Positions 12,232-25,482 are shown, counted from the first letter of the stretch. The stretch: DNA of 64,000 bases from Eledone cirrhosa (GCA_964016885.1 OZ024741.1:191952001-192016000); one strand, 5' to 3'. The notes: generated from the letters alone by a model not told the origin. Translations and numbers: made by a program.

Positions 12232-13630
12232 CTCAGCCCCCTACTATTTATTATTGCCCTTCAGGCTATAACAGAGGAGTTCAAGACAGGCTGCCCATGG
12301 GAACTCCTATACGCAGACGACCTGACACTCATAGCGGAATCAATGGCCGAGCTAGAGAAGAAATTCCAAACATGGAAGCACGGCCTAGAGTCAAAAGGAC
12401 TTAAAATTAACCTGGCTAAGACCAAAGTTCTAGTTTGTAGGAAAGAAAACAAGGCGGCGGTCCCTTCTGGGAAATGGTCGTGCTCGGTGTGTAGGAAAGG
12501 CGTAGGTAGAAACTCCATTTTATGTCCTAAATGCAAAGTATGGGTGCATAAAAGATGTAGTGGGATCACAGGTAAGCTAACTAAGAACATAGATTTTACA
12601 TGTGGCCGGTGTTCTGGTGCAATAAGTAGCAGCAAGTGCCCACAAAATACTAGCTCTTTCAATTGCGCAGAGGGTTCTATAGAAATAGTGGACAGCTTCC
12701 GTTACCTGGGCGATAAAATCAGCAGTGGGGGAGGGTGCTCTGAAAGTACTGTAGCTAGAGTCAGAACTGGTTGGAAAAAGTTCAGAGAGCTTATACCACT
12801 ATTAGTTGCTAAAGGGTTCTCCCTAAAAATGAAAGGCAGGTTGTACGATGCCTGCATACGAACAGCAATGTTGCATGGTAGTGAGACCTGGGCATTGTGT
12901 GCAGAGGATATATGCAGACTAGAGAGGAACGAAGCTTGCATGCTCCGCTGGATGTGTAACAGTAATATACGTGAACGGCAAAGCATAAACGAACTAAGGA
13001 AAAAATTAGAGATAAGAGGGATCAGATGTTGTTTACTCGAGAGAAGGCTGCGTTGGTATGGACACGTGATGCGCATGAAAGTCGATAGCTGTATAACAAA
13101 GTGCAGGGCAATAAAGATAGACGGTAGCCACGGAATAGGCAGACCTAGAAAAACATGGGATGAGCTGATAAACTCCGACCTCACACACTTACACCTCTCC
13201 AAGACAATGTCACTGGACCGAGACCTTTGGCGGTACTCAGTAACAGAGAAGACCCGCCTTGCCAGTAGGCATCTCTAACAAAATACACCCCGTCCCGCCA
13301 CCACCCCCACCCCATCCACACCACCCCGTTCTATGTAAAGTTATGTTGGTGCCGCGCTATCCAGGCCGAAACAAATGAGATCGTGTAGGTGTCACGACAA
13401 AAAAACACACAGTCCACGCTGTAATGTGGCCGTGTAGGCAACACGGTAAAAACCTCCCAGACCCACACTGTAAATGTGGTTGGTGTTAGGAAGGGCATCC
13501 AACTGTAGAAAACCTGCCAGACAGTCCTATGCGAGCAAGACAATCACTCTTGCCTCAAGTGGGACTACCCCCGTCCAAACCCATGCAAGCGTGGAACACG
13601 GACGTTAAACGTTGATGATGATGATGATGA
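12232..13630 (+). mobile_element. RTE LINE (PHD family), 5'-truncated, with 3' UTR and (GAT)n tail
   Basis: ORF 12226-13278 has LSPLLF, LLYADD, a C4HC3 finger, RLRWYGHV and GRPRKTW. Confidence 0.95.
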
Positions 13631-13939
13631 TATATACACATAGACAGGAGTATGTATGTATTTATGTGTGTGTCTATATGTGTGTATATGAAGATAAGTA
13701 GAGTATGAAAGTGTATATACATGAATGCGTATGTGGGTACATATATATATGTATATATATATGTACATATATATGTACATGTATATATATATGTAAGTAT
13801 GAGCATGTAAGTATGTGTATGTGAGTGTATGTATTTGTAAAGGTGTGCATATATGTATGTGTGTGAATGTGTATGTTTTTTTAAAAAATAAGTATATATA
13901 CACATATATCTATGTGTGGGCGAACGGATACACACACTT

Positions 13940-14465
13940 GAAAGAAAAATTCAAGTCTGTATGTTAATTAAGTGCAAACACAAAACCAACCACGCATATC
14001 TTTACTATCTCTTATCCTTCTATAGATTTTGAAAAATAACCAATGCCAAATAATGTATTCTATAAAAAATGTCAAAACAACAGATGGGAATCTAATTACC
14101 CACAGCTATCAAAAATTTCTATCCACTTCCTTAACTACTCTTCTAACAACTTCTCTCCTTCCTCTTAATATTCTCTATAAAAACCAAACAAGTTCTCAAT
14201 GAGATTATTCTGATGAAATGATAGTTGAAAATAACATTGAAATATTGAGTGTCTGCATAATTAATACTTTGTAGATAGCAACTGTTTTCAGGTTATATAA
14301 CTGTTATTGAAACACGTGTCAATAAATTCCTTTTACTGAACTGTATCCATTTAAATCCTTCTATTTTCTCCGGATTACTTTTGAAACTACAACTGGAACC
14401 GTCGAGCAAACCCTACGTGAGCTGTCCATCTACTGTGTGTAATATTCATATTACAACACTACGGA
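13940..14465 (+). mobile_element. Probable Penelope 3' or pLTR relic with decayed hammerhead-like motifs
   Basis: CTGATGA-AATG...CATT-GAAA at about 14210-14241 and GAAACACGTGTC-AATAAA at about 14309. Ends at (TA)n. Confidence 0.45.
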
Positions 14466-14531
14466 AAATACTATATATATATATATATATATATAACACA
14501 GAAAATACTATATATATATATATAACACAGA

Positions 14532-17314
14532 CTTCTAGAATTCTGCGACGCCAATGACGTCGATATGTAACACAAACTTTAAAAAACCCGACAACCACCT
14601 GATCACCTATAGATCAGGGGAGCACTCTAGTCAGTTAGATTTTATCCTCATCAGAGGACGTGACAGATGGACGGTCGTAAACACAAAAGCCTTCCCTAGT
14701 GAGGAATGTACATCCCAACATAGCTTAGTTGTCAGCGACCTCACGGTCAGAACTAGACGAACCCGGAAACAGAGGCCAACCTGGAGAAGAAAGATCTGGA
14801 AGCTGAAAGTCCCCTCAACCAGTAACAGATTTAAAGATATTTTACTCAACGCCTACGACAGTAAAGAAGAACAGATAGAGACATTTAACGTAGAAGAGAA
14901 CTGGGAGTTCCTAAAAAATAATTTACTAGAGGTGACGGATGAGGTCTGTGGCTGGAGTAAGACCTCAAGCAGGAGGAGAGTGACTTGGTGGTGGAACAAT
15001 AAGGTAGATGAAGCAGTTAAGGCCAAGAGACAGGCATGGAAAGAATGGAAGAATGGGGGGAGCAGGGTGCATTACATAGAGACCAAGAGGGAAGCTAGGC
15101 GACAAGTATACTTAGCTAGGAGGGAAGCAGAGGATAGAAAATTCAAGCATGTTTTACAACGTGAGGACCAGAAACAGGAGGTATTCAAGATTGCGAGGCA
15201 GTGTGTCAGAGATAGTTGCGATGTCATTGGAGAGAAGTGTATCCGGAATGATAAAGGTGAGCTTGCCCTCACAAGTGCTGAGAAGAAAGATGCATGGAAG
15301 AGTCATTATGATAGATTACTAAATGAGGAGAATGCATGGGAAGAGACCCTACCCCAAGTAGACCCTATAGAGGGACCAGCAGTACAAGTCAGCAGCAGTG
15401 TAGTAAGTAAGGCAATCAAAGATATGAAGATGGGGAAGGCAACCGGTCCATCGGGTATAGCTGCCGAGATGCTGAAGGCATCTGGGTCTGTAGGTCACAC
15501 TATAACCACACGTATCGTTAACCAGGTAATACTAGAAGGGGCCATACCAAAAGATTGGTGCAGTAGCATCATTGTCAACTGCTACAAAGGTAAAGGCGAT
15601 GCACTAGATAGAGGAAACTATAGAGGTATAAAGTTGATGGACCAGGTCATGAAAGTAACAGAAAGAGTTATAGCACAGCTGATTAGGGACCGGGTGAATA
15701 TAGACGAGATGCAATTTGGGTTTGTACCAGGAAGAGGCACCACTGATGCCCTCTTCCTTGTGAGGCAATTACAGGAAAAGTACCTAGCTAAAAGTAAGCC
15801 ACTCTACTTGGCATTTGTCGACCTTGAGAAAGCCTTTGACAGAGTTCCACGTGCTGTAATCTGGTGGGCTCTTAGAAAACTAGGAGTAGATGAATGGCTT
15901 GTGAAAGCGGTACAAGCCATGTATAGGGGAGCAGTCAGCAAAGTTAGGATTAGCAATGAGTATAGCGAGGAATTTAGCGTACAGGTTGGGGTCCACCAGG
16001 GCTCTGTTCTTAGCCCTCTCCTGTTCATCATAGTCCTGCAGGCAATAACAGAGGAGTTTAAGACTGGATGGCCATGGGAACTCCTGTATGCTGATGACCT
16101 CGCACTCATAGCTGAATCTATGGTAGAACTAGAGAATAAATTCCAAACCTGGAAGCAGGGACTAGAGAGAAAGGGTCTCAAAGTCAACATGACAAAGACT
16201 AAGGTCCTTGTAAGTAGACGAGAAAACAGAACCCAGATCCCCTCAGGGAAATGGCCTTGCTCAGTATGTAGGAAAGGTGTACCCAAATGCAAACAATGCG
16301 TACACAAGAGATGTAGCGGGATCTCAGGAAGCTTAATTAAGAATGTAGGATTCACATGCAGCAGCTGTGCTGAAACAACAAGCAGCAAACAGCCACAGGA
16401 AACAAGTACCACCAATCTCTGGGAGGGCCCTGTAGAAACAGTAGACAGCTTCTGCTACCGAGGTGACCGAATTAGCAACGGAGGTGGGTGTTCAGAAAGT
16501 ACAATAACTAGGGTAAGAACGGGATGGAAGAAGTTTAGGGAACTACTACCACTGCTAGCTGCAAAAGGCTTCTCCCTCAGAATGAAAGGCAGACTGTATG
16601 ATGCGTGTATCCGAACAGCGATGTTGCATGGTAGTGAGACCTGGGCGCTGAAGGTGGAAGACTTACGTAGATTAGAGAGAAACGGAGCCTGCATGCTCCG
16701 ATGGATGTTTAACAGTAATATACGTGAACGACAAAGCATAAATGAATTGAGAGAGAGACTGAGCATAAGAGGAATCAAATGCTGTGTGCAGGAGAGGCAG
16801 TTGCGCTGGTATGGACATGTGATGCGTATGAAGGATGACAGCTGCATAAAAAGGTACAGAGCACTAGAAGTTGATGGAAACCGTGGAGTGGGGAGACCCA
16901 AGATGACCTGGGATGAGGTGATAAAAGCCGACCTTACCCAATTACACCTCTCAAAGACAATGACACACGACCGTGACTTCTGGCGTCACGCAGTAATACA
17001 GAGTACCCGACCTCCCATGGGTACATGCTGAAGCATATAAACAATATGCCCCCACACACCCCACCGCAAGGTGGTCGTGGAGGTGCCACGGCAAAAAAGC
17101 ACCCAGCCCACACTGTAAAGTGGACGTGTAGGCGCCACGAAAAAGCACCTAGCACTCACTGTAAATGAGGTTGGTGTTAGGAAGGGCATCCAGCTGTAGA
17201 AATCAAGCCAGATCAGTTCCTGTATGAGCAAGGCATGGTCAGCCGACCAGACACTGCCCACAACAGGACAACCCGTCTAACCCATGCTAGCGTGGAAGAA
17301 CGGACGTAAAACGG

Positions 17315-17340
<26 letters not shown>
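14532..17340 (+). mobile_element. RTE LINE (PHD family), young 5'-truncated copy
   Basis: Long intact frame, full 3' UTR and (GAT)n tail. Begins at (TA)n. Confidence 0.95.
14554..17031 (+). CDS. RTE polyprotein fragment, 825 aa (APE C-terminus, RT, partially deleted PHD finger)
   Basis: SQLDFIL, NYRGIKL, AFVDLEKAFD, GVHQGSVLSPLLF, LLYADD. The endonuclease N-terminus is missing. Confidence 0.85.
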   Translation: MTSICNTNFKKPDNHLITYRSGEHSSQLDFILIRGRDRWTVVNTKAFPSEECTSQHSLVVSDLTVRTRRTRKQRPTWRRKIWKLKVPSTSNRFKDILLNAYDSKEEQIETFNVEENWEFLKNNLLEVTDEVCGWSKTSSRRRVTWWWNNKVDEAVKAKRQAWKEWKNGGSRVHYIETKREARRQVYLARREAEDRKFKHVLQREDQKQEVFKIARQCVRDSCDVIGEKCIRNDKGELALTSAEKKDAWKSHYDRLLNEENAWEETLPQVDPIEGPAVQVSSSVVSKAIKDMKMGKATGPSGIAAEMLKASGSVGHTITTRIVNQVILEGAIPKDWCSSIIVNCYKGKGDALDRGNYRGIKLMDQVMKVTERVIAQLIRDRVNIDEMQFGFVPGRGTTDALFLVRQLQEKYLAKSKPLYLAFVDLEKAFDRVPRAVIWWALRKLGVDEWLVKAVQAMYRGAVSKVRISNEYSEEFSVQVGVHQGSVLSPLLFIIVLQAITEEFKTGWPWELLYADDLALIAESMVELENKFQTWKQGLERKGLKVNMTKTKVLVSRRENRTQIPSGKWPCSVCRKGVPKCKQCVHKRCSGISGSLIKNVGFTCSSCAETTSSKQPQETSTTNLWEGPVETVDSFCYRGDRISNGGGCSESTITRVRTGWKKFRELLPLLAAKGFSLRMKGRLYDACIRTAMLHGSETWALKVEDLRRLERNGACMLRWMFNSNIRERQSINELRERLSIRGIKCCVQERQLRWYGHVMRMKDDSCIKRYRALEVDGNRGVGRPKMTWDEVIKADLTQLHLSKTMTHDRDFWRHAVIQSTRPPMGTC

Positions 17341-17345
<5 letters not shown>

Positions 17346-17484
17346 AGGGTGAAAGAACTCATAAGAGTCAACGGGCATCCAAAAATGTGTAAGTATGTAT
17401 ATACACATGTACATATGTATGTGTATGTATATGCATGTGTATGTATATGCATGTGTATGTATATACATGTGTATATATATGCAC

Positions 17485-17830
17485 GGGGACATAGAAATAG
17501 CCGGGCTGGATACCCGATCGTGCGATTAAACCACTGGGAGTGAAGGACCCCTAGCCTTTGTCAGGGCATTCTTCTAGGAGAAGGCAACTCAGGAAACTGG
17601 GATAACTCTGACATAAAACATGCGGCTCAGTAGTTACCGATGATGTTGATCTTTTCTTCTTTTCAGGTTATAGCTACTGTCGCTCAGAGAGTGGGATTGG
17701 CTCAGTGCACAGTCTGTCCTCACTTTTAAAAAAATCTTCATGCACAGGCATTGCACAAAAGAATTAATTAATAATTATTAATAATGGCGTATCATGCAAT
17801 GGCCAGTATTAATGAAAGGGCAGCCATCAT
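17485..17830 (+). mobile_element. Second bipartite RTE-derived SINE-like element
   Basis: Homologous to the RTE 5' UTR at 22323-22520, joined to a tail like 22133-22175 (GGGCAGCCATCATGTATG). Confidence 0.7.
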
Positions 17831-17881
17831 GTATGTATGTATATATGTATGTATATATGTATGTGTGTGTGTGTATGTATG

Positions 17882-18736
17882 TTCTTCTGGTTTTATAATG
17901 TATATGTACAGATATGAATGTTATTGTATGTGTGGATGTATATGTTTTGAGTTATATGGGTGCATTGTATCTGTATATGTGTACATGGAGTTATTAGATG
18001 CAGAATTTTTGGAATGTTTTACATATTTTTCCTGTTCCATTAATGGATTGTACTTGTAATTTTCTAACTAGTTGTGTTCTTTCTGTTCCTGTGAAGCCAA
18101 GTTTCTCAAGATTTGTACTAAGGCAGTAGCTTTTAATGTGTTTATTATCTTTTCTACGGATTGCATTGTACAGTGTTTTGGCCACTACATCATGCCTCAT
18201 AGGTAGATAGTACCGTGATGACATCTTTGGTCAGCTGCTTATGACAGAGTTTGCATTTGTTGTCACATCTAGGTGTTTTGCCTGCATCCCTATCTCTTTT
18301 GTGAATCAGGTATTATGTGTTGATTTCCTGTTTTTGGATTGCAAAAGCATATCCTTCAAAGTGCGAGCTAATATAATGGGTGTTGGTCCAAGATAAACTA
18401 CTTTGCTTATGTATATTACTCTTACTCTGGAGCTTCCTGGCAAGCATGACTTTTTACTGATAAGCATGCAGTTTTTCATCCATGGTATTTCATCCATGCG
18501 GTATTGCTGGGCAACTTCCCTGGGTGTGAGTTTTTGATTATCATGCAGGGAGTATCTTTCAAGGAACTCCTTCCCAGCTCTCATGCAGGTAGACCTGGTC
18601 AATAGATGGGCTCCTACGTTTGGAGGTTCGTAAATGTTGTTGGAAGGATATGATGGGACATTCAAATGCTGTCTGTACTGATGTTAACCCTCTGCATCCC
18701 TGCTTACGTTTCAAGTAGAAGCAGTCTATGTGCTCG
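17882..18736 (-). mobile_element. Dong/R4-like LINE relic, same family as 8267-10081, internally deleted
   Basis: YLPMRHDVVAKTLYN and KICKTFQKFCI; same 3' end ATAAAACCAGAAGAA; (TATG)n on both sides. Confidence 0.9.
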
Positions 18737-18789
18737 TATGTATGTATGTATGTTTCTCTTTCTCTTCCTCTTAATTTCGAATACATTTT

Positions 18790-19795
18790 TGACCGGCCAC
18801 TTTCCTGGTGACAAGGTTGTAAAAAAAAGAAATTGTTATCCCTTGAATCGCAAGAATGTTTTGCAAATTTTGAAGGTGCCAGCTATCGCAGCCATTTGTA
18901 ATCTATGAATTAGGGAGCTGCGCTCTTTGTCCACAAATCCAAGTTCAGTTTACTTTGGTCCAAGTGGGTTGGTATATAACATGTAGCTCCAATAATGATG
19001 GGTATGAAGCTGAAGGTGTATCTTGGATACTGGATCTGCAAACTCACCAATGGTCCATAGATGTCCTCCTTCTCTTGTATTTTTCTTACAATGTTGACAT
19101 CTGATGTCTACAACAGAGCACATTTTGAATGTGTGGTCCCAAACAACAATATCAGGCCGGTTGTGCTTTAATTTGGCGGCAGTTTTTATTTTCAGATTCC
19201 ACCAGTATTTTTTAGTGTCATCTATCTCAACATATTCCTCCTCATTTGTTTTTAATTTTGTTTTCCTAAGTGCGTTCCAGAGGGTTCTAGCTATCACATC
19301 ATGCCTCATAGGGAGATATTTGCGAGATAACATTGTTTCACAGTTGGCAACAATGTGGCTTACATCTTCGATCTTTGTTTTACAAAGCCTACATTTATTG
19401 TCGACTGATGGCCCTCCTTTTTTGTGTAGCAGATATTTGGTAGGGATTTCTTGTTCCTGTATTGCATAGAGATATCCTTCAAGGTGGGATGTCATAAACT
19501 TGTCGGAAATCCATGCTAGACTTTTTGAATGATTTATCCCCTCCATGGTCTGTGTTTTTCATCTCTGGTCCATTTTTTTATCTTGTTCAAACATTGAATA
19601 GGATCTTCCAATGTCCCTGGGAGAGAGATTTATATCAGGCCTTATTCCATATCTCTCCTCCAGATCAATGGGTATCCTAATGATATTATTTCCTTCATGC
19701 TCATAAACCTGGGCAAGATGGTTGCTGACCTTTTTCTTCTGTTGAGGATATTGCTTCAGTGTTACTATCTGGGTCTCATATGATGTTAATATGTA
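18790..19795 (-). mobile_element. Dong/R4-like LINE relic, different subfamily
   Basis: ORF 18950-19546 has AIQEQEI, CRLC...HIVANC, RHD and HNRPDIVVWD. Confidence 0.85.
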
Positions 19796-19801
19796 TATAA
19801 C

Positions 19802-22175
19802 ATTGAATGTTGGAATGTACGGACACTGCTTGACAGTGATTCCTCAGAACGTCCTGAATGAAGGACCGCTCTTGTTGCGAGGGAGCTTCATCGTTATGAT
19901 CTTGACATTGTTACTTTATCTGAGATGAGGTTAGCTGTAGATGGTCATCTTATGGAATATTGTGGAAAATATATATTCTTTTGGATAGGGAGAGATGAAG
20001 GGATTAGAAGAGAAGCTGGGGTAGCATTTGCTGTTATGACTACTCTTGTGGATAAGTTGGAAGACTTCCTAGCGGAAATTAGTGAGCATCTTATGTCCAT
20101 GAGAACTCCGTTGGACAAAGGAAGATATGCGCCTCTGGTGAGTGTGTATGCTCCAACTATGAATTCTGTTGATGAGGAAAAAGTATCTTTCTACCATGCT
20201 TTGAAAGGTGTTATAAGAAATATCCCTTAGGCAGTTACAGTAACTGTCTCGAAGCTGAACAGTGGAAGACCTCCAGGTATGGATGGCATACATGCAGAGC
20301 TCCTACAATATGGTGGTGAGAGACTTCTGCAACATCTTCACTCTTTGTTTGGCAGGATATGGGCTAATGAATCCGTACCTGAGGACTGGAGGGATACAGT
20401 AATAGTAGTCTTGTACAAGGTAAAGGGTGATTGTGGAAACTATAGGGGTATATCATTCCTTTCTGTCGTAGGAAAAAGTTTATGTAGGATGCTTCTGGAC
20501 AGTCTCCTGACACACATTGCAGACTGTGTTCTTCCTGAAAGAATCTGGTTTTCGTGCTGGATGCGGCACTACTGATATGATCTTCTCAGCTAGACAGCTC
20601 CAGGAGAAGTGCATGGAACAAGGTTTGGATCTGTATCAGGTTTTTGTCAATCTGACAAAAGCTTTCGATGTTGTTAACAGAAATGCATTGTGGAAGGTTC
20701 TCCAGAAACTTGGTTGGCTTGATAAGTTCCTTTGGTTAGGTCTTTCCATGATGACATGAAGCTTGGGTTAATGTCAGAGGTAACATGTCAGAGCCTATCT
20801 CAATGAAAAATGGAATGAAACAGGGAGATATTCCAGCACCGACCCTATTTGCCATATACTTCGTGTTGGTTTTCTATATTGCATTCAATATTGCATATCA
20901 AACCTCTGGCAGCATATTTAACATCAGGTGCTTTGCTGCAAAAACATAGTATTTACCTTAATCATAAGAGACCTTTTGAATGCAGATGATTGCAAACTTT
21001 TAGCGCACACAGAAATTGACATGCAATACCTTTTGAATGCATTTTCTGATGCTTGCACTGCCCTAGGATTGATTGTCAGTCTCAAGAAAACTGTTGTCAT
21101 GTACCAACCTGCTCCTGGTAAGCAGTACAGTGAGCCAAATATCTTTGTGTATGGTAAATGACTTGGAGTGGTTGATCAGTTTGTCTACCTGGGAAGCACT
21201 GTCAATCGACACATGATTAGGAAAGCAAGTGATGCTTTCGGAAAGCTAGAAAGGCGCCTCTGGGGTTGGCGAGACGTATGCAAGGAGACAAAGGTAAAGG
21301 TGCACAAAGCATGTGTGCTCTCTTCTCTTCTTTATGCCTGCGAGACCTGGGTCACATATTGACACCATCTTAAACAGTTGGAACGTTTCCATCAGATGTG
21401 TCTCAGATGGATCCATGGCATTCACTGGAGGGACCACATCAGTGATGTCGAGATTTTGGAAAGATCTGTGTGTGAAAGCATAGAAGCTTTTGTGCTTAAG
21501 CAAATACTCCGATGGAGTGGTCACCTTGCCAGGATGAAGGATTCTAGGATACCAAAACAACTCTTTTATGGAGAGTTAGTTAAAGGAAAATGACCTCCAC
21601 ATAAACCCCAAAAGAGGTATAAGGATTTGTTGAAAGACGCTAACATCTCTGCTGATACATGGAAAAGCGTAGCTGCTGATCGTAATAAATGGAGAAAGAC
21701 TGTATATGAGGGGAAAGTTGTTTTTGAAGTATCTTGAATCGCATACGAGAAAGTAAAAAGGGACGTGAGGAAAGGCATTGCTGTTACATTTCCAGACAGC
21801 AAAGGTCCTCCTATGGCACTGACATGTGCAAGACTCTGCCTCAGAAAAGCTAGACTCAAAAGTCATCTTCACAGTCATAAAGTGAGACCAGTGGTTGACT
21901 ACCAGGCTGCTGTTGGAGATGCTACTCATCAACCTGTCAAGTATGTGGAAAAAAGTGCAGATCAGCAGAAGGGCTCAAACGACATGCAAAAGTATATAAC
22001 AACCAGCCTCTGCCAGTGAATGTTTTTATGGTTGCCAACTCTGTGCAAGACATTTTAGATTATTGACTGGGCTAAAAAGCCACATTCGATCGCAGTACCG
22101 TTAATTATTAATGTGTGTGTATTTTTTTTTCTATCATGCCATGCCATACTCAATAACGAGGGGGCAGCCATCATG
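19802..22175 (+). mobile_element. RTE (BovB-like) LINE pseudogene with C2H2-finger tail
   Basis: WNVRTL remnant, SVYAPT, NYRGIS, KAFD, NADD, LLYACETW, RIPKQLFYGEL; many frameshifts; (TATG)n tail. Confidence 0.9.
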
Positions 22176-22180
22176 TATGT

Positions 22181-25100
22181 ATATCAGGCTGCTCTTGAGT
22201 ATTACTGGTAACATGTAACCCAGTACAACCTGTCTCATGGTCGGATGAAATACAAGACCTTGGCAAAGGGCGGAGCAACTCAGCAGAGTCAACAGCCATC
22301 TAAATAATACCTGTTTTTTTATTGGAGTGAAAGACCCCCAGTTGTTGTCACAACACCTTTCTAGGAGAGGGAAACTCTGAAAGAAAAACCTGTGGTTTTG
22401 GAAGCATCCGATGATGTTGACCAGTTCTCCTTTTTGGGTAGCGTTTTCAATGCTCAGAGAGTGAGATTGGTTGAGTGCAAGGCCTTTCCCCATTTAAAAA
22501 ACCTTCACATCACAGGCATTGATTGTTCAGGATCTGTTACAGGTTTTAATGGCTGGCCATAGCCTAAAAGGGCTCCAAACTTCTATGATGAAAAATGATG
22601 ACCTTGAAGTCAATGGCAGTAAGGGCTCTGGAACTTCTTTTGAAGGTGTCTGGCTCAGCAGGTGTCCCATGGCACTGTGGAATGGGCCTGGTCGTCATCC
22701 TGATACTGCAAGGAGGTTCAAACCTATGAATATTGGGTGTTGGAATGTAAGAACTTTACTTGATTCCCAATCCAGTGAAACTCGCCCTGAAAGAAGATCT
22801 GCTTTAGTGTCAAAAAGAACAGAATCGCTATAACTTGGACATCATTGCACTTTCAGAAACGAGATTGGTAGGTGAGGGTCAATTCACGGAACAGAAGGGA
22901 GGATATACCTTCTTTTGGAGTGGTAGAGCAGAGAATTGTAAGAGAGAGGTAGGGTTCGTATTTGCTGACAGGAATGGAATCGTCTCAAAGCTGGAAAATC
23001 TTCCTTGTGGATTCAATGATCGGATAATGTCCATGAGAGTCCTTCTGATTCAAAACCGCTTTGTGACTCTGGTCAGTGTGTACGATCCTACTATGTGTGC
23101 TAGTGATGATGAAAAACTAGCTTTCTACATGTCTTTGAAAGAGCTCATCCATAGTATACCTTTTGCAGACAAGATTGTCATCCTTGGCAATTTTAATGCA
23201 CATGCTGGTAATACTAGGAAGCTTGGAGTGTGATGGGCAGGCATGGAGTAGGTAAGTGCAATAACAATGGGCCTATTTCGGTTGCAGATGTGCGTTGAAG
23301 TGGATCTTGTTGTTGGGAACATGCTCTTTCAGCAGAAAGACAAGTATAAGACAACTTGAAGGTATTCAGGTACCAAGAAGTGGCACTTTATTGACTTTGT
23401 TTTAACGAGGAAATGTCATATCAGGGATATCACATTGGTTCGTGTATTGCGAGGCACGGAATGCTGGACTGACCATCGTTTGGTGTGCACCAAGTTTCAA
23501 TTTTTTGTGAAGCCCAAAGTTAGGAGGAAGAAGGTTGCACTTCCAAAATGACTAAACGTGGCTCGTCTGAAGATGGAAGAAGTCAGAGCTGAACTATCGA
23601 AGTTTCTTGAGTCCATGGAATGTGAAAGCACGTGGGGAATAATTGAAGAAAACCGTCTATGATGTCAGTGCTGGAGTTTTAGGTTATACTAATAGAAAGC
23701 ATAAAGACTGGTTTGATGGAAATGATGCAGAAATCCAGACCTTGCTTGAAGAGAAATAAAAAGTGCTGACATCATTGTTGCGTGAGACACATTCTGACAA
23801 GAGTGACCAGACCTTCAAGCAGATCAAGGCACGTGTGCAACATCAATTGAAAGCCATGCAAGATACATGGTGGAGAAAAAAGTCTGATGAAATCCAGAAA
23901 GCCTCAGATAGACATGATATGAAGCTCTTATACAATCTGCTCAGGGAGGTGTATGGTCCGACCGGTCCACAAATATTCCCACTTCGCTCCAAAGACGGCA
24001 AGGAATTGCTCAGAGATCCAAAGGAAATCCTGATCAAGTGGCATGACCACTTTGATGAGTTCCTCAATAGAGATTGGGCTGTCCTGAAAAGTTTTTGAAA
24101 AGTTTTTGATGAAATGCAGGCATGGATAAACATCGGAAGTAAACTGTCTGAGCCAATCTCGGTTAAAAATGGTATCAAGCAAGGTGATACACCGGCATCA
24201 ACTTTGTTTGCCTTGTTTTTCGCAATGGTGTTCTTCATGGCTTTTAAGGATTATCAACACAGTATCTATCTTAGATAGATTCTTCCGGCAAGCTCTTCAA
24301 CTTCAAACATCTCACTGCTAACACTAAGGTACTGAGTACCTTGATCAGAGAATTTCTGTATGCAGATGATTGTGATCTCTTTGCACACTCCCAGAGTGAC
24401 ATGCAACACCTTATGGATTCTTTTTTCCAATGCGTACAGTGCTTTGGGACTGACAATCAGTCTAAAGAAGACTGTCGTCAGTACCAACCTGCTCCAGATA
24501 AAGTTTTCAATGAACACTCCATATATGTATACGGTCAAAAGCTTAAGGTTGCTGACAGATTTGTGTATTTGGTGAGTACTCTGAGTGTGACCTGCTCTCT
24601 GGATGCAGAAGTTGGTCTGCGTGTTAGCAAAGCAAGTGAGCCATTTGGAAGACTCAGTGACCGTCTGTGGTGCAGGTGAGGAATCACAATGTAGACCAAG
24701 TTGAAAGTGTATGCTACATGTGTACTGTCAGCATTGCTGTATGCGTGTGAGACATGGGTTGCCTACAAACGGCATATCAAAAGACTGGAATGATTTCACC
24801 ACCAGTGTCTCAGGAAGATGCTCGGTATCAAGTGGCAGATGCATGTCAGTGATATGGAGGTCCTTGAAAGAAGTGAATGTCGGAGCATTGAAAGTATCAT
24901 CCACCAACGTTTGCGATGGAACAGACACCTCTGCAGAATGGAGGATGATCGAATCCTGAAACAAGTTTTGTATGGTGAGCTTTGTAAAGGTAAGAAACCA
25001 CCTCACAAGCCAAAGCTCCAATTCAAAGATTGAAAAAAACTGGTTTGATGGTGGCTGACTGGGAGATAGAGGCTCTTGAAAGAGAAACTTGGCGTGGAGT

Positions 25101-25482
25101 GGTGAATGATGAGGTCCATAATTTTGAGGACAGATGCATAGAACGCAAGAAAATCAAATGACATGTGCATAAGCAATGCCCTGGTGTATCTCTTGAAATG
25201 ATTGGTGTGCCCTGAGTGTGGAAAGATTTGCTTGAACAAATCTGGTCTCAGGAGCCACAATTGCAGCCATGTTCAGAGAGAACCAATGAACTATCATCTC
25301 CACGGTATTGTGAAGGCTCACAGGCAACCCTATGCAAGATCTGAGGCAAGGGAGATCCATAGTTGTCGTCAGTGTGTGAAGGAGTGCAAGTCTCTAGCAG
25401 GCTTGAAAAGCCATATCCGAGCGTCACACATCTGAATCTGACAAGCAATTGCAATACTCTTAGCGTGAGTTTGCAGTCATCA
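22181..25482 (+). mobile_element. RTE (BovB-like) LINE: 5' UTR, APE, internally deleted RT, two C2H2 fingers
   Basis: IGCWNVRTL, DIIALSETR, LGNFNA, FLYADD, KQVLYGEL, CPECGKIC...LRSH, CRQC...LKSHIRASH. Confidence 0.9.

Noticed and set aside
12261-16901. Long antisense ORFs over RTE copies (also near 42470 and 57325)
   Set aside because: Shadow frames of the RT coding strand with no independent motifs.
22181-22300. HDV-like ribozyme in the RTE 5' UTR
   Set aside because: Known from some RTEs, but I could not build the nested double pseudoknot by eye.
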